The position numbers and the translations under genes were made by a program. The notes beneath the pieces are model-generated. The model saw only the letters and a list, made by a program, of their open reading frames with translations. It was not told the origin of the DNA and made no database searches. From contig NZ_DATGFH010000132.1 of NCBI RefSeq assembly GCF_035309285.1, positions 12,995 to 76,994 on the forward strand: a DNA stretch of 64,000 nucleotides, written 5' to 3'. The DNA comes from Bradyrhizobium sp. (GTDB lineage Bacteria > Pseudomonadota > Alphaproteobacteria > Rhizobiales > Xanthobacteraceae). This document shows positions 59,319 to 64,000 of the stretch, one piece after another (position 1 is the first letter of the stretch; every line of letters begins with the position of its first letter).

Positions 59319-60707
59319 ATGTCGCAAACGTCCATGTCCAGCGAATGGATCCCCGTCCTCGGCAAATCCGACGGACCGCGTTACCTCGCGCTCGTCCAGT
59401 CGCTTGAGAACGACGTCCAAGCTGGGATCCTCAAGCCGGGCACGCGCCTGCTGCCCCAGCGCGATATGGCGAACCAGCTCGGTTTAAGTGTTGGTACCGT
59501 GTCGCGCGCCTATGCGGAGGCGGAGGCGCGCGGGCTGATTTCGGGCGAAGTCGGCCGCGGCACCTTCGTGCAGCGCCGTCGGCTGCCGGCGAGCGCAAAG
59601 GGCGCCGCGCAGGACACCATCAATCTCGCGCTGAATGCGCCGCCGTCGACCGGCGAGGATGAGTTGATCGCTTCGGTGTTGTCGGAGATCCTCGCCGACG
59701 GCGCACTCACACCCCTGCTCGGCTATCTGCCGCATCAGGGGCTCGCCGCGCATCGCGAGATCATGGCGGCGTGGCTCACGGCACTCGGCATCAGGGCCGA
59801 CGTCGACAACCTCTTCATCACCCATGGCGGCCAGCACGCACTTTCGATCGCGCTCAACATGGTGGCGGCGCCGAACGACACGGTGCTGACCGAGCGCTTC
59901 ACCTATTCCGGCATGATCGCGCTGTCGGCGCAAAACGGATACCGGCTGCACGGCGTTGACGGCGACGACGAGGGCCTGTTGCCCGACGCGCTCGATCGCG
60001 CGTTCACCGAGACCGGTGCGCGCGTCGTGTTCGCAACCCCAAGCCTGCAGACGCCGATCGGAACCACCATGACGCCGGCGCGGCGGCGGCAGATCGCCGA
60101 TGTCGTCGAGAAGCACAACGCCTATGTCCTGGAAGACGATGTCTACGCCTTCCTGTTTGCTTCGCCTCCGACGCCGATTTCGGCGTTGATCGCGAGCCGC
60201 AGCTTCTATGTGACGAGCTTTGCCAAATGCCTCGCGCCTGGCTTACGGATCGCGACGATGATCGTGCCCGAGCGATTCCGTGACCGCTGCATCAATGCGG
60301 TGCGCGCCACCGGCTGGATGGCCTCACCCATCATGGCCGAAGTGGTGGCGCGCCTCATTCACAGCGGCGACCTGTCGCGGCAGGTGCATGCCAAGCGGGC
60401 GGCGGCGGCGCGGCGCAATGAAATCGCCGACCGCCTGCTCGGGCGTTGGCTCGCGCCGATAGCCGGAACGCCTCCCTTCCATCGCTGGCTGCCGATACCG
60501 CCCGGCCGCACGCTGATCGCGCTGGTGACGCAGGCTGCCCAAGCGGGCATCACCATCGCGCCGCCGGGAGCCCTGCAGCAGGTCGATCGCGGCACGCTCG
60601 GCATCCGGCTCTGCGTCGGATACCCGGCAAGCGAGGCGCTTCTGGAAAAGGCGCTATCCGAGCTGCGGCAGATCCTGCAGAGCGCCGAAGCGATTTCGTT
60701 CGTGTGA
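59319..60707 (+). CDS. MocR-family regulator (GntR wHTH + PLP-dependent aminotransferase domain)
   Basis: LLPQRDMANQLGLSVGTVSRAYAE...GEVGRGTFV; aminotransferase motifs LEDDVY, SFAK (PLP Lys), APGLR. Start 59319 or 59334. Confidence 0.92.
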   Translation: MSQTSMSSEWIPVLGKSDGPRYLALVQSLENDVQAGILKPGTRLLPQRDMANQLGLSVGTVSRAYAEAEARGLISGEVGRGTFVQRRRLPASAKGAAQDTINLALNAPPSTGEDELIASVLSEILADGALTPLLGYLPHQGLAAHREIMAAWLTALGIRADVDNLFITHGGQHALSIALNMVAAPNDTVLTERFTYSGMIALSAQNGYRLHGVDGDDEGLLPDALDRAFTETGARVVFATPSLQTPIGTTMTPARRRQIADVVEKHNAYVLEDDVYAFLFASPPTPISALIASRSFYVTSFAKCLAPGLRIATMIVPERFRDRCINAVRATGWMASPIMAEVVARLIHSGDLSRQVHAKRAAAARRNEIADRLLGRWLAPIAGTPPFHRWLPIPPGRTLIALVTQAAQAGITIAPPGALQQVDRGTLGIRLCVGYPASEALLEKALSELRQILQSAEAISFV

Positions 60708-60741
60708 GGTGCGCTCACCGCGCAGCAGGCGCGGTCGATCG

Positions 60742-61632
60742 TCACCCACCCGCCCCTTGAAAAGCCTCACGGATGCTGGCGAGCAAAGTTTGCACGCGCG
60801 CGAGGTTTGACCGCGTCGCCGGAACCAGCGCTTTCAGCCAGAGATCCGGGACATGGAAATCGGGAAGCAGCTCGACGAGTGCTCCGGACTTGAGTTTTCC
60901 GGCAGCCGCGGCGCGCGAGACCACCGCGATGCCGTTGCCTGCGCACAGCGTGTCGATCACAAGCGCGCCGTTGTTCGTGACGAGATGAGGTCGGACTGCG
61001 ACCGTCGTCACGCCATTCCGGCCCGCGAAGGTCCAGGCCGGACCGATCGGCGAAAACACGATGCATTCGTGATGCCCGAGCTCGCGTACATGCCGGGGAT
61101 GACCACGCCGCGCCAGATAGGATGGCGCAGCGCACAGCACGCGCTCGTAGACATGCAAGGGCTCTTCGAGCACGCCGTCAAAGGACGACGGCATCATGGT
61201 GAGAACGATGTCAAATCCCTCCTCGACCGGGTTCACGGTGCGATCGACGAGGACGGCGTCGAGCGTCACCCGCGGATATCGGATCTGAAACGACGACAGC
61301 ACCTGCGCGAGGTCGATCGCCATCGGCGACGCCGGCGCCTTGATCCGCAAGTGGCCTTCGAGCTCGTTCGGCGATCGCAGGATTCCCGTCGCCATCTCAT
61401 CGTACTCGCGCACGATCTGGCGGATGACGTCGAGATAGCGCTCGCCGATGTCGGTAAGGTGCAGGCGGCGCGTGCTTCGCCGCAGCAGCGTGGCTCGCAG
61501 CGACCATTCCAGCTGGCCGACCCGCTTGGTGACGACGGATGGCGCCACCCCGAGCTGCCGGCTCGCCTCGGAGAAGCTGCCGGCCCGCGCCGTGGCGAGA
61601 AACGCCTTCATGTTCAATAGGCTATCTGCCAT
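60742..61632 (-). CDS. LysR family transcriptional regulator (CrgA/DmlR-like)
   Basis: MKAF...GSFSEASRQLGVAPSVVTKRV..LE..L.A.LL.RSTR.L.LT.IG; NPVEEGFD. Confidence 0.93.
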   Translation of the reverse strand: MADSLLNMKAFLATARAGSFSEASRQLGVAPSVVTKRVGQLEWSLRATLLRRSTRRLHLTDIGERYLDVIRQIVREYDEMATGILRSPNELEGHLRIKAPASPMAIDLAQVLSSFQIRYPRVTLDAVLVDRTVNPVEEGFDIVLTMMPSSFDGVLEEPLHVYERVLCAAPSYLARRGHPRHVRELGHHECIVFSPIGPAWTFAGRNGVTTVAVRPHLVTNNGALVIDTLCAGNGIAVVSRAAAAGKLKSGALVELLPDFHVPDLWLKALVPATRSNLARVQTLLASIREAFQGAGG

Positions 61633-61821
61633 TTAATCCAATCTGGAAAAGATCGTCGCACAAAATAGCCTATTCTCCCGCATTCTCGAAGGAAATAGGC
61701 TTCCTTTCCGCGAAAGACGCCGCCGACCTGCCCGCTTCGCGTGCGCTGCAGACCATCGACGATGCCATTTGCCGACAAGCCGTCACCAAAAAACAAAGAC
61801 GGCGTCAGGGGAGAAGCGCGC

Positions 61822-63195
61822 ATGTCTGACGTCATCGATGTCACCACCGTGATCGAGAACCAGCGCCGCAACGGCCTGGTGCTGACCGTCGTGATCCTGT
61901 CGACGGCGATCATGTTCCTGGACGGCTACGACCTGCAGGCGATGGCCTTCGCCGCCCCCTCGATCGTGCGCGCCTGGGGCATCGACAAGGCCGCGTTGGG
62001 GATCGTTTTCAGCGCGGGCATCTTCGGCATCATGGTCGGCGGCCTTGTCTTCGGATCGCTCGGGGATCGCATTGGCCGCCGCCTGTCGATCATGGCGTCG
62101 ATGGTCCTGTTCGGCGGTTTCACCCTCGCGACCATCTGGGCGCGAGATACCACCTCCCTGATCGTGCTGCGCTTCCTCGCAGGAATCGGCATCGGGGGAC
62201 TGGCGCCGCTTTGCTACTCGCTCAATCTCGAATACGTGCCGAGCCGTTTTCGTGGCACGGTGGTGGCAATCATCATGGTCGGCTATGTCGCCGGTTCGAG
62301 CTTCGGCGGCTTTATCGCTGCCGGGTTGGTCCCGAAGTTCGGCTGGCCGATCGTGTTTGCGGTCGGCGGCGTGCTTCCGCTCGCTGCCATCGTCCTGTGC
62401 TACTTCCTGCTTCCGGAATCGATCAAGTTCCTGGTGGTCCGGAACGGCCGGCCCGCGGAAGTCGCGCGCATCCTGAACCGGATCGAACCTCGCCTCGATG
62501 CCCGCGCAAGCATGCGCTTCATCATGTCGGATGAACCGGTGCCGGCCGGCGCCGACACGGGCGTATTGTCGAGGATCGCGGCCCTGTTCGAAGCACGGCT
62601 CGCCATCGTCACGCCGTTTCTCTGGCTCGCCTATATCGCAAGCTCCATCACGTTGTTCTTCCTCAGTAGCTGGACTCCCCTCCTCGCGGAGGCCTCGGGC
62701 CGAACGCCCGCCCAGGCTGCCATGGGCCTGACCGTGTTCAGCCTGGGAGGCGCGGTCGGCGTGCTGATGGCTGGCCGCGTGCTGGACCGTCTTGGCGTGC
62801 TCGCCATTGCGGTTGTGCCACTGATTGCCTCTCCGCTCGTCGCTTCGCTCGGCTTTGCCGGCTTCAATGGTGGCACCTTCCTGGTGGCGATGCTCTGCGT
62901 CGGCTTCTTTGTCGTCGGCGGCCATCAGGGCCTGAACAGCGCCGTCGGCCAGTTCTATCCCAGCGCCAATCGCGCCACGGCCGTCGGCTGGGCCTTGTCG
63001 GTCGCCAAGATCGGCTCGATCAGCGGCCCGCTGATCGCAGGCGTTCTACTCGCGCGGCATCTGCCGGTCTCGAGCCTGTTCCTGCTGGCGGCGGTGCCGC
63101 CGCTGGTGGTGGCGGGCTCGGTCCTGGTGCTGGGCCTGTCGCGGCGCAGAGCGACACGCTTGCCCGAAGAACTCGATCAACCCGCAACCGCTTAG
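61822..63195 (+). CDS. MFS transporter, aromatic acid:H+ symporter family (PcaK/BenK-like)
   Basis: MFLDGYDLQAMAFAAP, G.LGDRIGRR, RFLAGIGIGG, LLPESIKFL, YPSANRAT.VGW..V.KIG.I.GP. Confidence 0.9.
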   Translation: MSDVIDVTTVIENQRRNGLVLTVVILSTAIMFLDGYDLQAMAFAAPSIVRAWGIDKAALGIVFSAGIFGIMVGGLVFGSLGDRIGRRLSIMASMVLFGGFTLATIWARDTTSLIVLRFLAGIGIGGLAPLCYSLNLEYVPSRFRGTVVAIIMVGYVAGSSFGGFIAAGLVPKFGWPIVFAVGGVLPLAAIVLCYFLLPESIKFLVVRNGRPAEVARILNRIEPRLDARASMRFIMSDEPVPAGADTGVLSRIAALFEARLAIVTPFLWLAYIASSITLFFLSSWTPLLAEASGRTPAQAAMGLTVFSLGGAVGVLMAGRVLDRLGVLAIAVVPLIASPLVASLGFAGFNGGTFLVAMLCVGFFVVGGHQGLNSAVGQFYPSANRATAVGWALSVAKIGSISGPLIAGVLLARHLPVSSLFLLAAVPPLVVAGSVLVLGLSRRRATRLPEELDQPATA

Positions 63196-63248
63196 CGCGT
63201 GAATCCTGGTAGAGTGTGCAGCGGTTTCTCGAAGAGATCAGGCGCAAG
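63193..63248. repeat. Degenerate rhizobial RIME-like intergenic repeat
   Basis: TAGCGCGTGAATCC...AGTGTGCAGCGGTTTCTCGAAGAGATCAGGCGCAA resembles, from memory, the rhizobial mosaic repeat; single copy in this window. Confidence 0.35.
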
Positions 63249-63268
63249 GAGAGCAACGGAGTGCCCCC

Positions 63269-64000
63269 ATGAAGATGCCGTTCGCCGGCGCCATCGATTG
63301 TGACCTGCATCCAACTGCCCCGACGGTCGCGCAGCTCCTGCCTTACCTCGACGAATACTGGCGCGACCACATCACCAACCGCGCGATCGATCGCATGTCG
63401 TTCGCCATGACGAGCTATCCGCCGAATGCGCCGATCTCGACGCGCAAGGATTGGCGCCCCGTGAAGGACGGGCCGGATGACCTCGATCGCTTGCGCGCGC
63501 AGTTGCTCGATGCCTTCGGCCTTCGGTTCGGCATCGCCAACGTGCTCCACGGCTCTGTTGCGCTCTTCAATGACGATATGGCAGCGGCGCTCTGCCGTGC
63601 CGTCAACGACTGGCTCAAGACCGAATGGCTCGATCGCGAACCGCGGCTGCGCGGCTCGATTCTGGTGACGCCGCAGGACCCGGTGCAGGCCGTCAAGGAG
63701 ATCGAGCGGCTCGCGCAGGACCGGCGTTTCGTGCAGGTGATGCTGCCGGCGATGGGTGAGCGGCTGCTCGGGCGGCGCGAATTGTTTCCCGTCTACGAGG
63801 CCGCCGAGCATTACGGGCTCGTCATCGGCGTGCATGCGGGCTCTACCTATCGCTACGCACCGACCATCGTGGGCTGGCCCTCGTACCAGTTCGAAGACTA
63901 CGTGGCACAGGCGCAGGCTTTCGCGAACCAGACCATCAGCCTCGTCAGCGAAGGCGTGTTCCGCCGCTTCCCCGCGCTGAAAATGGTCATGCTGGAATCG
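63269..64000 (+). CDS. Amidohydrolase_2 family protein (partial, runs off window end)
   Basis: Open frame MKMPFAGAIDCDLHP...AVNDWL..EWLDREPRLRGSI...IGVHAG...FPALKMVMLES; missed by the ORF track because there is no stop in the window. Confidence 0.85.
   Translation, partial: MKMPFAGAIDCDLHPTAPTVAQLLPYLDEYWRDHITNRAIDRMSFAMTSYPPNAPISTRKDWRPVKDGPDDLDRLRAQLLDAFGLRFGIANVLHGSVALFNDDMAAALCRAVNDWLKTEWLDREPRLRGSILVTPQDPVQAVKEIERLAQDRRFVQVMLPAMGERLLGRRELFPVYEAAEHYGLVIGVHAGSTYRYAPTIVGWPSYQFEDYVAQAQAFANQTISLVSEGVFRRFPALKMVMLES

Overview
High-GC alphaproteobacterial chromosome segment. Gene content, the red-type cbb operon and the intergenic repeats suggest Hyphomicrobiales (Bradyrhizobium/Xanthobacteraceae-like); this is inference, not a database result. 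From left to right: (1) the end of a branched-chain-amino-acid-type ABC operon plus an M20 peptidase; (2) a 4-14 kb patchwork of unrelated single genes (small secreted protein, membrane protein, low-GC secreted orphan, FecR + CHASE2 adenylate cyclase, Tat-signal aldo/keto reductase, beta-propeller, RNase Z-like hydrolase, MarR) separated by degenerate copies of a short palindromic repeat; (3) a sugar-acid (L-gulonate/D-mannonate-type) cluster uxuA-gntR-TRAP-rspB-uxuB; (4) a CMD/dehydrogenase/SDR/GntR block; (5) an AraC gene and a complete 2-furoate catabolic operon hmfABCDE, preceded by a 25-codon relic of a UbiD-family (HmfF-like) decarboxylase; (6) a Calvin-cycle operon cbbR-cbbFPTALSXY with red-type form I RuBisCO; (7) an AKR, an MFS transporter and an RHH + DJ-1 pair; (8) an unassigned MocR-associated operon with a second molybdenum hydroxylase, an ACMSD-like amidohydrolase, CoxG, an ABC importer (binding protein frameshifted), a TcuA-like flavoprotein and a stand-alone PAS protein; (9) LysR, an aromatic-acid MFS and a partial amidohydrolase. 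I found no rRNA, tRNA, CRISPR array, transposase or integrase. The best novelty candidates are the repeat-delimited cassette-like region and the unassigned Mo-hydroxylase operon. All assignments come from motif recognition by eye.
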